Origin: Octopus bimaculoides
Lineage: Eukaryota
Assembly: GCF_001194135.2 (NCBI RefSeq)
Contig: NC_068982.1
Location: forward strand, 4,386,819 to 4,433,114
Direction: 5' to 3'
DNA: 46,296 bases
Made by a program: the position numbers and the translations under genes. How positions within the stretch are numbered: the first letter of the stretch is position 1; every line of letters starts with the position of its first letter. The notes below the pieces were generated by a model that did no database searches, had not been told where the DNA came from, and saw nothing but the letters and a program-made list of their open reading frames with translations. Shown here piece by piece: positions 1-12,209 of this stretch.

Positions 1-136
1 CAGCTGTAAAAGTCCTCGGCCTCCTTCTTTTCTTGGCAGATAAAGACGTTCTATATCTGCCTTAGGGTGGTGCATTCTAAGCATTGTCAACAGTTTTCGT
101 ATTTTTCTGTCAACATTACATATTTCAGTAATTGAC

Positions 137-222
<86 letters not shown>
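137..222. repeat. (ATT)n microsatellite
   Basis: Uninterrupted TTA/ATT trinucleotide run. Confidence 0.95.
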
Positions 223-305
223 TATACGTTTGACTCTTGCTTTGTATTTGTACACGTAGATTCACCCAGAGACCTCAAGAGGCAACACGTTAGAAGTTCA
301 AGTTA
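223..305 (-). mobile_element. Possible 3' end of an (AAT)n-tailed retroelement
   Basis: Minus-strand unique sequence runs directly into the (AAT)n array, as for the LINE 3' ends at 17645 and 21443; no coding motif seen. Confidence 0.2.
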
Positions 306-1202
306 CTATTATGACTAGGGTGCCAATATTTTTGGTTTTGCACAAAGTACTGTTCTAGAGAATGTCTGTGAAAATAGAAAAAAATAGAAGTTTGTTCTAA
401 AAGCAATTTAATTATAAGATGCTGTTTGCCGCGCAGAATACGTGCAATGTAGGTTGTGTTATTTGGTAGGTGACATATATATTTCGCTTGTACTGTGTGA
501 TCAGTGCTAAATATTCTAGTGTTAGAGTTCGATTGTATAAAATCTATGTTGGGTAGGTAGTGATATATGAATGATTCACGGGGAGGCTGTTCTGTTTATC
601 GGAACACTCGTCATCGTCGTAAGCGGTGAAGTGTCAGTTTTTTTTTTCAGAGCATGCGTCATATGCAGAGAGTTATGCATTTAAATGAGAAAGGAATAGC
701 TCTTACTAGAAACATCATCTTTTGCACTGTGGGTATCTGTTTTTGCATTCTGCTGTTGTTTTATATCTTATTCCCATATTTTAAATCATACCCAATGCTT
801 CAGGTATTACTTATTCTACTTTCACTTTCATACCCCAATTCCAAATTATTCCAAAGTCCCTGTACTTGGACAGTTTCTTTACTGTTTTGCAGACAATGTT
901 TAGGTCAGAAGCTATCGAAGAATTTATTGGAGTGCAAGTGTTTTCACTTCAGCTACAACGTAACTTTTGAATATTATATCTGGATCATTTATCTTCATTT
1001 CCCCTGCGTCCAAACAAGTATATCTCGAATAATTGTGGTGAGGATGTTGTCATGGTTCTTGTTTAATGCACGATTATACGACTTCTTCTTATCAGTTCTC
1101 TCTTCAAAGTCCTGCCGTATTTCCCCGTGGAACTACCTGTTAATGATTGGGCAATGATTGGGCAGCGGAAAAGATATGGTTAATAACCTTATTCTTTGGT
1201 CA

Positions 1203-1310
1203 ATACACACAAACACACACACACACAGACACGCACACACGCACACACACACACACACGCACACACACACACACACACGCACACACACATAGTGTGTGTG
1301 AGAGAGAGCG
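1203..1310. repeat. Compound (CA)n/(TG)n/(AG)n microsatellite
   Basis: Directly visible dinucleotide runs. Confidence 0.9.
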
Positions 1311-1875
1311 AGCTGGAGAGAGTTAATAATTGAAATAAACATATAAAGACTTTGGTTTTTAATGTACAATATATATATATACATGTAAAAAGACCTAAAA
1401 TAATCAGATGATTAACAATCAAGTATATANNNNNNNNNNNNNNNNNNNNNNNNNNNNNNNNNNNNNNNNNNNNNNNNNNNNNNNNNNNNNNNNNNNNNNN
1501 NNNNNNNNNNNNNNNNNNNNNNNNNNNNNNNNNNNNNNNNNNNNNNNNNNNNNNNNNNNNNNNNNNGAGAAGGTGTTACAAGTCCGATAACTGTTTCTGG
1601 GGGCTCGGAGTTACATCATAAAAATGTTGGCAGACGTAGTTCATAAAAAAAATGTCACCTGTGTGCACAACCGCTGTGTTTTAATTTTCTTTAGGAATGG
1701 GTTAGCATGATTTTCGTTTTGAAATTAGTTTTTATTTTTTTGTTACACCAGGCAATGTTCTTTTCCCAACGTCGGAGAGACGTTCGTTCTTTATGCACAC
1801 AGGTTGTGAGGTTCTGGTGTCATATATGCATGTGTGTATACACACGCACGCATACGCACACATATATATAATCTG

Positions 1876-2004
1876 ACTCTATGTCAGTTACGACCACAAG
1901 GGTTCCAGTTGAGCCGATCAACAGAACAACCTGTTCGTGAAATTAGCATGCAAGTGGCCGAAAACTCTACAGACACGCGTACCTTCAACGTACTTCTCAG
2001 AGAG
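1876..2004 (-). mobile_element. SINE family A, diverged 3' fragment
   Basis: Reverse complement aligns by eye to 4340-4466 (ctgagaa.tacgtt.aagg.tacacgtgtctgt...aaccctcgtcgtcgtaac). Confidence 0.75.
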
Positions 2005-2530
2005 AATAGGCGTGAGACAGACACATGCGCACAAACGCACAAACACACAGACACACACACAAAGGTATATATATGTGTGTAGTTGTGTAATTGTGAGTGT
2101 GTATTAATACCTCTACGTTGGTCACCAAATCTGTGCTTTAAACAAAAATATATTTTGGTAATTACGCCCAGTATATGGAAGTGTCCAAGATATTAGCGGA
2201 GCCTCCAAACTGGTATGATATATATTGCTTATGCTCAAGTGTGCTGAACGTCTGCTAATTAATAAATTATATTGACTGAAGTAAAAGTAAAAATCCCCAA
2301 AAACTATTGGAACGAAATGATTATAGGAGGACGTCAGATATTAAGTGTCTATACTTGTAGCTGAAATCAAAATATGTGGTGAACTAACTGACCCCTGATC
2401 TACCTCCAATTAAAGGTTCATGTTGCTCTCTTCATATTCTCGCTCCCTTATTGAAAATATATCGGTTGGTTGTATGCTATAATTTTTTTTAAACGGACAA
2501 TTTCATGATTGTTCTCTTCTGTTTCTGTTT

Positions 2531-2788
2531 ACATTATTTACATTATTTACATTTGACGGATATTTGTCCTCATCTTGTTTGTTGCTAACACAACGTTTCG
2601 GTTGATATACTCTCCAGCCTTCATCAGGTGTCTTGGGGAAATTTCGAACCTGGGTTCTCATTCCTAAGGTATTTTTCAATGTTGTTATTATTATTATGAT
2701 TATTATTATTCAGGTCACTGTTTGGAATCAAACTCGGAATCTTGGGGTTAGCATCCCGCGATCTTAACCACTACTCCATAGAACTGTA
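2531..2788 (-). mobile_element. Hammerhead-SINE copy 1: inverted body plus short direct 3' terminus
   Basis: Minus strand reads tRNA-like head (2780-2711), (AAT)n linker, hammerhead tail. The element's 3' end ATAGAACTGTA is on the plus strand at 2778-2788. A 12-bp TSD CTGTTTCTGTTT lies at 2519-2530 and 2789-2800. Confidence 0.85.
2587..2632 (-). ncRNA. Minimal type-I hammerhead ribozyme motif (GUU site; C-A mismatch in stem II)
   Basis: Reverse complement: GACAC CUGAUGA A GGCUG gagaguauau CAACC GAAAC GUU GUGUU. Confidence 0.75.
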
Positions 2789-4095
2789 CTGTTTCTGTTT
2801 GCTGAAATGTTGATTCAAATCTTTTACATAAATCCGGATAATAGAATATTATTGTAATGTTCGCTTCTCAAATATGTAGTTCTAGTTTCCGCATTCGCTG
2901 CACCCTGAGAAAGTTTCTGTTACTATAGACATGGATTAACCAAATTATGGAATGCGAACATGTGTGGAGAAATTGAGAGAGCCAGCTCTCAACTATTTCG
3001 TTGCTCGTTGTGCGACATTTTCTATAGGGTAAGCACACATTAAGCAATGTAATCTGACCCTTAAAATAGAGGGAATGGTGACAACCCGAACAACTTTTAT
3101 CCAAAGTCTGCACGGAAAGGGTGAATTAAAGATCACACAACAATTAAACACCAGTGCAATGCATGCATATTTTTTTGATGATCCATAAATGTCCACTGGA
3201 TATATTCACAGCGACGAGGAACAGGTGAATGTAATAACGTTTTCTGCTGATATTCAGTTAGAATTAAGTCAAAAGTCATTCTTTCTTTAACGTGATAAAA
3301 TGGGAAAATTGCTTTCTAAATCAAAGTCGTTTGACATCAAATGCTGTCTTCACTGCTTAAACTTGGCGTGCTACGGATATCTCGCTACAGATATCTCGCT
3401 ACAGATATATTAATATAAAGGTGTTATAAGCTTAGAGAATAATAACAATCCGTAATGCGGCAGTCAAAAGTTACCGCTTGCGTGACATCACCGTAAAAAA
3501 CGCTATCAGCATTGTTAACATTTCGGATACTTTACTGGACTGTTTAGGAAATCAGTTCCCATAATAATTAAACTAGAAGGCCTTAATCTCACTGAAGACT
3601 CTCTCATAAACTTATACATAGCGTTAGCGATTGATTCTATTTCACAAAAATACTTGGACAAAAGACTAAGAAGCTGTCTCGACAAGGGGTTCCCAACCTT
3701 TTCTCTTTCAAAGACTCCTTTAATTTAAATGAATTTTCTTGCCGAACTAAAACTTTTGAAAAATATGTCTACTAAAGAAGACAGTTCCAATAACTTAAAA
3801 CGATTGGATTTTCTTACTTTAATATCCATCAACTGAAAATATATGTAACTGAATATGCAATTAAATAAAATGGAAAATTGACCAAAATTGACCTTTTTTC
3901 AATAAGATAGTTGCTTTGTCGATGCATTGTTTGAAACTCTGGTTCAGTGACGGGCATTTTAAAGCGTATATTATAAAATATATATTATATTTCGTAAGGC
4001 AAATTTGGAAGCTACTTTGAAATTTTCAAAGTTTATCTTTGCTTGTCTCATCGTCAGTAATTTTATATTATATATATATATATATNNNNNNNNNN

Positions 4096-4148
<53 letters not shown>

Positions 4149-4149
4149 A

Positions 4150-4466
4150 AGCGTGGCTTAGTTGTTAGGACATTCGGCTCACGATCGTAAGGTCGTGAGT
4201 TCAATTCCCGGCGACGTGGTGTGTCCTTGAGCAAGACACTTTATTTCACATTTCCGTAGTCCACTCAGCCGTTAAAAATGAGTAGTACCTGTATTTAAAA
4301 GGCGCCAGCCTTGTCGCACTTTGTGTTACGCTGAATCTCCCTGAGAACTACGTTAAGGGTACACGTGTCTGTGGAGTGCTCAGCCACTTGCACGTTAATT
4401 TCACGAGCAGGCTGTTCCGTTGATCGTATCAGCTGGTACCCTCGTCGTCGTAACCGACGGAGTGCT
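4150..4466 (+). mobile_element. tRNA-derived SINE family A, full length, with (CA)n tail
   Basis: A box TGGCTTAGTTG and B box GAGTTCAATTCC; body shared with 1876-2004 and 22508-22634; followed by a (CA)n run. Confidence 0.85.
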
Positions 4467-4468
4467 CT

Positions 4469-4469
<1 letters not shown>

Positions 4470-4517
<48 letters not shown>

Positions 4518-4578
4518 GCATACACATACATATATATATACATATAAATATATGTACATGTATATATGTGTGTGTGTG

Positions 4579-4638
<60 letters not shown>

Positions 4639-4660
4639 TAAGTGTGTGTATGTGTAGCAG
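4470..4660. repeat. Compound (CA)n/(TA)n microsatellite
   Basis: Visible runs directly after the SINE 3' end. Confidence 0.9.
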
Positions 4661-5198
4661 TATGTGGTAAATAATTCCATTCGTGTATATAGGTTCACAA
4701 ACTCTTGAAATGAAACTTATTTCAATTTCTTTGCCACGATAAAACTTTCTTACAATAGTGCAAGTTTCGTTGGCAAATACAATATAATAGACAGTCTGAA
4801 ATCAAACACATCTGTCAAATATTAATGTTTGCGATACATTGCGCAGGGAATAGAGGGTCAAACGTGGGAAATGAGTATTGATCCTCTGAATGTCATGCTA
4901 TACAATTCGATTATCAAAGAATAGAATTCAATATAAACAGGAGAAATAGTGAAAAGATAAGTAGTGGTGATCAATAGAATACATTAAAAACGACATAAAA
5001 ATTGCAATTTGTGTGTACAGAAACACTACTCGGTGGACTACAAAATACTGTCCATAGCAAGGTTTTGGTATAAATCTCTCTCCCTCTGACATGTTGTGTA
5101 TACGGGTGTTAACATTCTAAGTGATAGCAAGTTTCGAGCAACTGAGGTTCACGACCTCGAACCGATTATCAGCGCGTTCTGCAAAAGTACAATAACAT

Positions 5199-5202
<4 letters not shown>

Positions 5203-5290
<88 letters not shown>
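5203..5290. repeat. (GA)n microsatellite
   Basis: Pure GA run. Confidence 0.95.
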
Positions 5291-5293
<3 letters not shown>

Positions 5294-5416
5294 GGGAGGG
5301 GGAAGTAGGGAGCAAGCAGTCTGACTACATTACATAAATGCTGAAGAATTATTTCGGTAGTAAATCCTCTGAACTAATCAGTTACATTAGAACATTTTCA
5401 ATGTATTAATATATTG

Positions 5417-5476
5417 GCCAGGCGTGGATGTGTGGTAAGAAGCTCGCTTCCCAATCGCATGGCTCACGGGTTCAAT
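5417..5476 (+). mobile_element. SINE family B, tRNA-like head only
   Basis: ggcgtggatgtgtggtaagaagctcgcttcccaa...gggttcaa matches the heads at 8721 and 36412 (minus). Confidence 0.7.
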
Positions 5477-5735
5477 TTAATACCATTGAAACTGTAAGAT
5501 CAATGATTAATTACATATTCCTTATTACGCAATATTTTATCCTAATTACTTTACATTATGTACAATTAATGTAAACTAAACAATATAGAAAATATACACA
5601 ATGTTTTTATTTGCATGATTAGTTTTAATTCCATTGCAAATTTAAATGAATAACATTTACAGCTACTTTGTTGAAAATTAATAAAAAGAGGATTTCCAGT
5701 CACAATAATGCATTATAAGATCTTAAAACTTCCCA

Positions 5736-5990
5736 ACATAACATGGCAGTCCTGGTTTAGGACGAATGTTTCTGCAATTTAACCCTAGGAGACATTGTCT
5801 CCAGCTGGCTATACGACACGATCTGTGTCCTTATATTTTTGAACAAGGGAATCGAGCTGAGTGGGGGTGCTAGATTCCCTTGTTCAAAAATATAAGGACA
5901 CAGATCGTGTCATATAGCCAGTTGGAGACGATGTCTCCTAGGGCTAAATTACAGTAGCATTCGTCTTAAACCAGGACTGCCATGTTATGT
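5736..5990. mobile_element. Palindromic fold-back element (MITE-like), arms about 118 bp
   Basis: 5736-5853 is the reverse complement of 5873-5990 with scattered mismatches; termini ACATAACATGGCAGTCCTGG / CCAGGACTGCCATGTTATGT. Confidence 0.85.
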
Positions 5991-6391
5991 GGCAAACAAT
6001 CTTTATTCCAAAGTACTGTTGCTGAATATCTCTCGTTGTGAGATTTACAAATAGTAATTTTCTAATTTAAAATTTCCCTCTGCATTATATTTCTCTTCCT
6101 TTCTTTTCTCTTAACCTCTTCAACAAGCTTCTCAACCACGTGATTCTTCCCTTCACGTCGTTAGCGTTTCGTTCTTTCTTTTTCTTTTCACCTCTCAGTT
6201 CCGCTAACACCGTCTCTATCTGCTATCTGATTCACTCCCCTCCTTCACACTCTCACACTTCTTCTCTCTCTCTCTCTAACTCTCCCTCCCTCTCCCTCTC
6301 ACTCATGCCACCTCTTACTCATGCCACCTCTTACTCACACTACCTCCTCTCTAACGTGTGAATTAAAGAAACCAACTGAATTATAATACGA

Positions 6392-6409
6392 GTGTGTGTG
6401 TGTGTGTGT

Positions 6410-6460
<51 letters not shown>

Positions 6461-6836
6461 NNNNNNNNNNNNNNNNNNNNNNNNNNNNNNNNNNNNNNNN
6501 NNNNNNNNNNNNNNNNNNNNNNNNNNNNNNNNNNNNNNNNNNNNNNNNNNNNNNNNNNNNNNNNNNNNNNNNNNNNNNNNNNNNNNNNNNNNNNNNNNNN
6601 NNNNNNNNNNNNNNNNNNNNNNNNNNNNNNNNNNNNNNNNNNNNNNNNNNNNNNNNNNNNNNNNNNNNNNNNNNNNNNNNNNNNNNNNNNNNNNNNNNNN
6701 NNNNNNNNNNNNNNNNNNNNNNNNNNNNNNNNNNNNNNNNNNNNNNNNNNNNNNNNNNNNNNNNNNNNNNNNNNNNNNNNNNNNNNNNNNNNNNNNNNNN
6801 NNNNNNNNNNNNNNNNNNNNNNNNNNNNNNNNNNNN

Positions 6837-6888
<52 letters not shown>

Positions 6889-6945
6889 ATATACACACAC
6901 CACACTCATATATATATATATATATATACACACGCACACACATAG
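6392..6945. repeat. (TG)n and (CA)n/(TA)n arrays flanking a 376-N gap
   Basis: Visible runs on both sides of gap 6461-6836. Confidence 0.9.
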
Positions 6946-7699
6946 ATATATCACGCAGTAAATATGTACGTTGTTCGAATGACTAACATGATATATGAAG
7001 ATGCATATTTACAGACATGTTTCCGATTAGCTTTGCTTCGGCAAAGCCGTTGTACAGAAGTAGCTGGTATGTATCGAAGGAATATATAGATTTCTTTTTT
7101 ATTTCATCACTTGTCTTTATTTTATCCTAAGATTTTATATCTTTAGACGTTTCGTCGAATTTTTAAAATGATATGTTTGCGGTGAATATTCCATCGTTAT
7201 ATTGAGATGTTATGCAAGTAAGGAGATTTCTTTTTTTGTTGTATTGCGAAATGTTAGCTTTATGGACACAGAGACATTCGAGCAAGCAGTGTGTTATTTA
7301 ATATCGGCGACCTTATTTAAAACAATGAACAGTAAATATATTAACCTTATTTTGCAAGTAAATACAATGGAAAGACTCTACAAGAAGGGATTTCTGCATC
7401 AATAAGTTATTAATGCACGAACAAATATTTTGATGCGTAACTTTATTGGAAAATTTATAAAAGGTGAATTTAACAATGTATATATATATATATATNNNNN
7501 NNNNNNNNNNNNNNNNNNNNNNNNNNNNNNNNNNNNNNNNNNNNNNNNNNNNNNNNNNNNNNNNNNNNNNNNNNNNNNNNNNNNNNNNNNNNNNNNNNNN
7601 NNNNNNNNNNNNNNNNNNNNNNNNNNNNNNNNNNNNNNNNNNNNNNNNNNNNNNNNNNNNNNNNNNNNNNNNNNNNNNNNNNNNNNNNNNNNNNNNNNN

Positions 7700-7806
7700 G
7701 GTCGACCAGAAGCTATAGTAGAAGACGATAGGTGTCGTGCAGTGGGACTGAACCCGGAACCACGTGCTTGAGAAGCAATCTTCCTCCCATACAGCCACGC
7801 CTACGC
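7700..7806 (-). mobile_element. SINE family B, 5' part
   Basis: Reverse complement matches the head at 8721-8820. Confidence 0.75.
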
Positions 7807-7930
7807 TTATGTATGTATGTGTGTGTGCATGAATGTATGTATGTGTGTATGTATGTATGTGTGTGTATGTATGTATGTATGTATGTATGTGTGTGCGAGT
7901 GTGTGTGTGCGTGTGTGTGTGCGTGTGTAT

Positions 7931-8045
7931 GTCAGCATTCAGTTTATTTCAAGATTTCTTGCCAATAGGGAAAGAGCCGGTTTCTAACCTAGATCCAAGG
8001 TTCCTTCATCGGAATTTCAACATCAACAACAAGGTATTTTTGTTG
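7931..8045 (-). mobile_element. Possible retroelement 3' end with (CATA)n/(CA)n tail
   Basis: Structured unique sequence running (minus strand) into the microsatellite at 7808-7930; family not identified. Confidence 0.3.
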
Positions 8046-8494
8046 TAAGTTGTCGTGCAGATTGCTTGGTCGAAGATGGTCACGTGGTGCGATAAGGAAC
8101 TTTTTGGTCGACATTTGCCAGATTGTAATGAAATGTTGTTTCTATGCCACTAAAACGCTACCACACAAAGATGATAGCTTTTCATACTCGACACACCCAA
8201 CAGGCTAAAACAGCCTTAAATTCAAGGTCCACCCTCACATGACCTTAATATACTGTTGTAGCAAAGAACTGACTAAAAACTTCCTTCTCTCACCACGTGA
8301 CTATCCTCAACCAATCAATCTGTACAGCAACTTACAATGCTCTGAGCCACATTTTCTCTATAAATTCTTCGAATTTTAGAATAACGGCTGGAAACGACAC
8401 AGTTTGGGGCACAGCTCCACGTTCCTCAAAACTTACATAGTTTTCTTGTGTCAGTGTGAGTGTGTGTGTATGCGTGTGTGTGTATACGTGTGTG

Positions 8495-8712
8495 CATGTT
8501 TGTGTCTGGGTTTGTCGCACCACCACCACATGAGAACCGGTGTTGGTGTGTTTATGTCCTTGTAACTTAGCGGGTCGGCAAAAGCGATGAATAGAATAAG
8601 CACCGGGTTTTTAAAAAATAAGTATCGGGGTCGATTCATTCTGCTAAAAATTATCCAAGGTGGTGCCCCAGTATGGTCGCATTCTAATGAGTGAAACATG
8701 TAAAAGATAAAC
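8495..8712 (+). mobile_element. SINE 3' module C
   Basis: aaccggtgttggtgtgttta..tcc..gtaacttagcgg.tcggcaaaag...gatagaataag shared with 9236-9421, 35988-36165 (minus) and 36443-36618. Confidence 0.8.
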
Positions 8713-8720
8713 GATTTTCT

Positions 8721-9421
8721 AGCGCAGGCGTGGCTGTGTAGTAAGAAGCTTGCTTCCGAGTTCAGTCTCACGCGTGACACCTTATGTAAGTGTCTTCTAC
8801 TATAGTCTCGGGCCGACCAAAGCCTTATGAGTAGATTTGGTAGGTGGAAACTGAGAGCCAGGGGTTATACTTAACTCCAGAACAGAGATTTTCGGGCGAT
8901 ATCTGCATTTTAGATTTCTGCGGCCTTTTGGGAACTGCCGGAAGTTGACAGCTAACGGGAGATGCAGATAATCCCCTATTGTTTACCCTCTCAGCTGAAC
9001 GAGGGTCGTACGACCAGAAGTCGACCGCCATTGGCAAAGGGGAGATAATCCAGACTTTGCTCCATACTTTAAAGTGGTCATAGACCAACAAGTCTTGGGG
9101 TCTGACGACACACCATAAAGTTAAACCCTTTATGGACGGGAAACCCAGGCTAATCCCATAAACCGGCCTTCATCAGGAATACATATATATATGTATGTAT
9201 GTTTATTTGTGTGTGTGTGTGTGCCTGCATTTCCCCCCGCCATCGCTTGACAACCGATGTTGGTGTGTTTACGTCCCCGTAACTTAGCGGATCGGCGAAA
9301 AGAATCAATAGGATAAGTACTAGGCTTACAAAGAATAAGTCCTGGGATCGATTTGCTCGATTAAAGGCGGTGTTCCAGCATGGCCGCAGTCAAATGACTG
9401 AAACAAGTAAAAGAATATTAG
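8721..9421 (+). mobile_element. Bipartite SINE (head B + microsatellite + module C) interrupted by an insert of about 320 bp
   Basis: B head 8721-8857; foreign insert about 8860-9182; (TA)/(TG) spacer; module C about 9225-9421. Same B-microsatellite-C order as the uninterrupted copy at 35988-36412 (minus). Confidence 0.75.
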
Positions 9422-10714
9422 AACATGTCGACTGTCTGCAGTTTCAAATTGAACACCCACCACAACCACCACATCCACCACATCCGCTCAGGAATATCTT
9501 TTGTATTTATCGAAGACGTAATTCTTTTTACCCGTTATTGAGTTCACGAAAAACTGAAACAGTCTCGCCGACGAAATAAACATACAGGATGACATAAATG
9601 ATAGCATGCTTCTGATTCGGCATAGGTTATGCTTCAACAGTAAAATACTAAGACTTATTCCTTCATTTGCAAAAAATTATATTAAATACCTCTTAAACAG
9701 GCTGAATTATCGTGATATCTCTGTGATATAGGCTTTTAAAAAGTAGAGTAGAACATGCAACGCACATCATTTAAATTAGGAGACTATTTTATTTAGAAAT
9801 ATAACATTGCAGGTATCATGAATAACATGATCTAAAGAAAAGTTTAATCGAAATGGTAGTATATAAACTGCAATGGAATTCGAAATGAATTCAAATCTTC
9901 GATAACATGAATTTCAGTGGTACCGTTTCAGTCCCGAAATAAAATCAAGTAAAGCAATCTAGTTATTAGGGAAAATCTCATAAAGCATCATACGGAATAA
10001 GAACTATTAAGTTATGTATAAATTTTTCCTGACATTAAATTTCTACGCAAAAAGATCAAAATGGAAAGTATGAAATCAGCAACTGCAGAGATGTTCTTTC
10101 AACGTTTATTAGAATCTCTTATAATCTAGGATTTGACAGCAGTCTTATAGATTTAGAACTAAGCATAAAACACTTACAGAAGGTTCTGTAATATCAGATG
10201 TTACAGGCTTGGGAACAAGTCTACTACACGAATTACAAAACCACTTTGCAGCTAACAAGTTATAAGACAACAGCGAAAGTCGAAATCACGATGTTCTTAG
10301 CATGTTGAGACGTAAACCAGTGATAATCTCAATGAAACGGAGTAAATTATACATAACGAATTGAAAAGACCATGTTTCCATTCCGAAATACAAATGCTTG
10401 CTAAAACTAATATTCAATATGAAAGCTTATAAAGATCAGGTAAAAAGAAAGTCTACAAATTACAGACATGTAGCTTACTATCTTAATGTGTTCTACTTTC
10501 TTATTTTTGGTTACCTTTATTTCCACGTTTATAAATAATCGTAACACAGATTGTTGTTACTCGATCAAATATCTATCATAGACCGTTCAGCATAAAGGAA
10601 AGGCGTTTTAACGGTTTATCAAAACTTTCAAAATTGAATCCATCAGTCATGAAGTAAATAAACAGAGAAAATATTTCAAATATTTTAACTTCGTGGCGCT
10701 TTTCGCCAATGCCC

Positions 10715-10791
10715 TCCACTGTGTAGCCTGAGGCCGAGCGAACCATGTGGTTGGGAAGCATACTCCTTACCAGACAGCCCCGCTTGCGCCT
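10715..10791 (-). mobile_element. SINE family B head fragment
   Basis: gaaccatgtggttgggaagc...ttacca.acagcc.cgc.tgcgcct matches 36361-36412. Confidence 0.65.
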
Positions 10792-11610
10792 ATCCTTTGA
10801 AATTATAAACTTGAAAAAGGCAATATTAGAAATGTAGTTTTAGAAAGACTATTTCTCGAAAATAAACGGAACAGTTACTGTTGAAATGACTTTGATCCTT
10901 GGCCTTTTTGATCGGAGACGATTCGGGGATAAGCAAACAACGAGAAAAACAGACCAGTCATGACAAAATAAGTCTCAACAAAAATGGCCGAACATCTCCA
11001 TGTATGTTTAATTCTCTGGTCTTATGGAGAGTTGAAAGAAATGATTAAAAGAAGACATTTGTTTAGGCATGCAAAACAAATATAAAAGCAAGTGACAGGA
11101 AACATCCTAATTGAGAAAGTTGGTTGTATCATGTATACATGAGGATATATAGCTTAGTAAATTTTATAATCTAATTCAGCGTTAATGTGTTTCTATAAGC
11201 TATGGATTTGTTTAGTCATTGTCTCACTTAATTTCATTGATTTCGCTATTGTGTTATGGTACATAACCGTACGCTAACCAGAAAATAACTTATTGCATTC
11301 GAAAATCAATTTAGCTCAATACGTAGAGCTTTATTTATCCATTTACAAAGAAAATAATAAATAAGTTGAGGAAACAATTTCGGTGTTTAATGTATTCGTG
11401 AAAATAGTTTAGTTGTAAGTGAATGATTTGGATCTGTTTAAGAGATTTCTATTGCTATCACTTTCTTCATGGACAATTAGATAAAGAACTACAAGCAACG
11501 GATCCTATATATTTGATCGACTGCAACAAATGATAGAAAACATTCAGCAACAAAGATATTCTTCAGCAAATAGACAGGTCCTAAGAAAGCGACCTTAAGA
11601 ATGTTAATAT

Positions 11611-11623
11611 GCACACACACACA

Positions 11624-11663
<40 letters not shown>

Positions 11664-11736
11664 TACGTGAGTGTGTATAAGTACTGACACTTTTTCAGTT
11701 GCTGTTTCTATGATTTAAATTCTTTAAGAACACTCT

Positions 11737-11793
<57 letters not shown>

Positions 11794-11985
11794 ATGATGA
11801 TGATGATGATGATGGTGCTGATATCTTGTATTGGCTACTAGGTCCAAAGACAATAATAAATATGTATATATATATACACACACACACATACATATGCATA
11901 TATATATACACACACACATATATATATACACACATATATGTATACACACACATGTATATATATGTATACACACACACACACACAT
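11611..11985. repeat. Microsatellite cluster: (CA)n, (CTA)n(GAT)n, (TA)/(CA)
   Basis: Visible runs at 11611-11660, 11738-11813 and 11863-11985. Confidence 0.9.
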
Positions 11986-12170
11986 GCGCATAAATGACTT
12001 AATGAATGACTGAAAATTCATGAAACCATTTTCTCAGCATCTAGAATATACGTATTTGTGTGCGTCATTCTAATTCGAATCGGATTTTATTACGAGACTG
12101 GCAACATTTGCTTGGATAATTAGATATACGTGAATAGATTTATAAATTGGAAATAATTCTATCGGACTTC

Positions 12171-12209
<39 letters not shown>

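Noticed and set aside
654-1157. 167-aa plus-strand ORF after a strong-looking T10-CAG acceptor
   Set aside because: No recognisable domain; the Phe/Leu/Ile/Cys-rich composition is what T-rich non-coding DNA gives; no supporting neighbouring exons.
3682-3943. Possible hAT MITE (left end CAAGGGGTTCCCAACC)
   Set aside because: Right TIR too degenerate and no 8-bp TSD found.
6335-6986. Long ORFs of HTHT/CVCV/YIYI type (also near 18677-19881, 22915-23581, 24205-24459, 30364-30738 and 37472-38003)
   Set aside because: Artefacts of stop-free microsatellites and N-gaps.
7971-8016. Minus-strand hammerhead-like string CCGAUGA-AG-G-AACCU..AGGUU-A-GAAAC-CGGCUC
   Set aside because: Core is CCGAUGA rather than CUGANGA, there is no G10.1-C11.1 pair, the putative site is CUC without a C-G pair at 15.2/16.2, and stem I is out of register; too many deviations to call.
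9120-9182. HDV-like ribozyme in the unidentified insert
   Set aside because: Manual attempts to assign P1/P2/P3/P1.1 failed (no G1 pair, no consistent P2).
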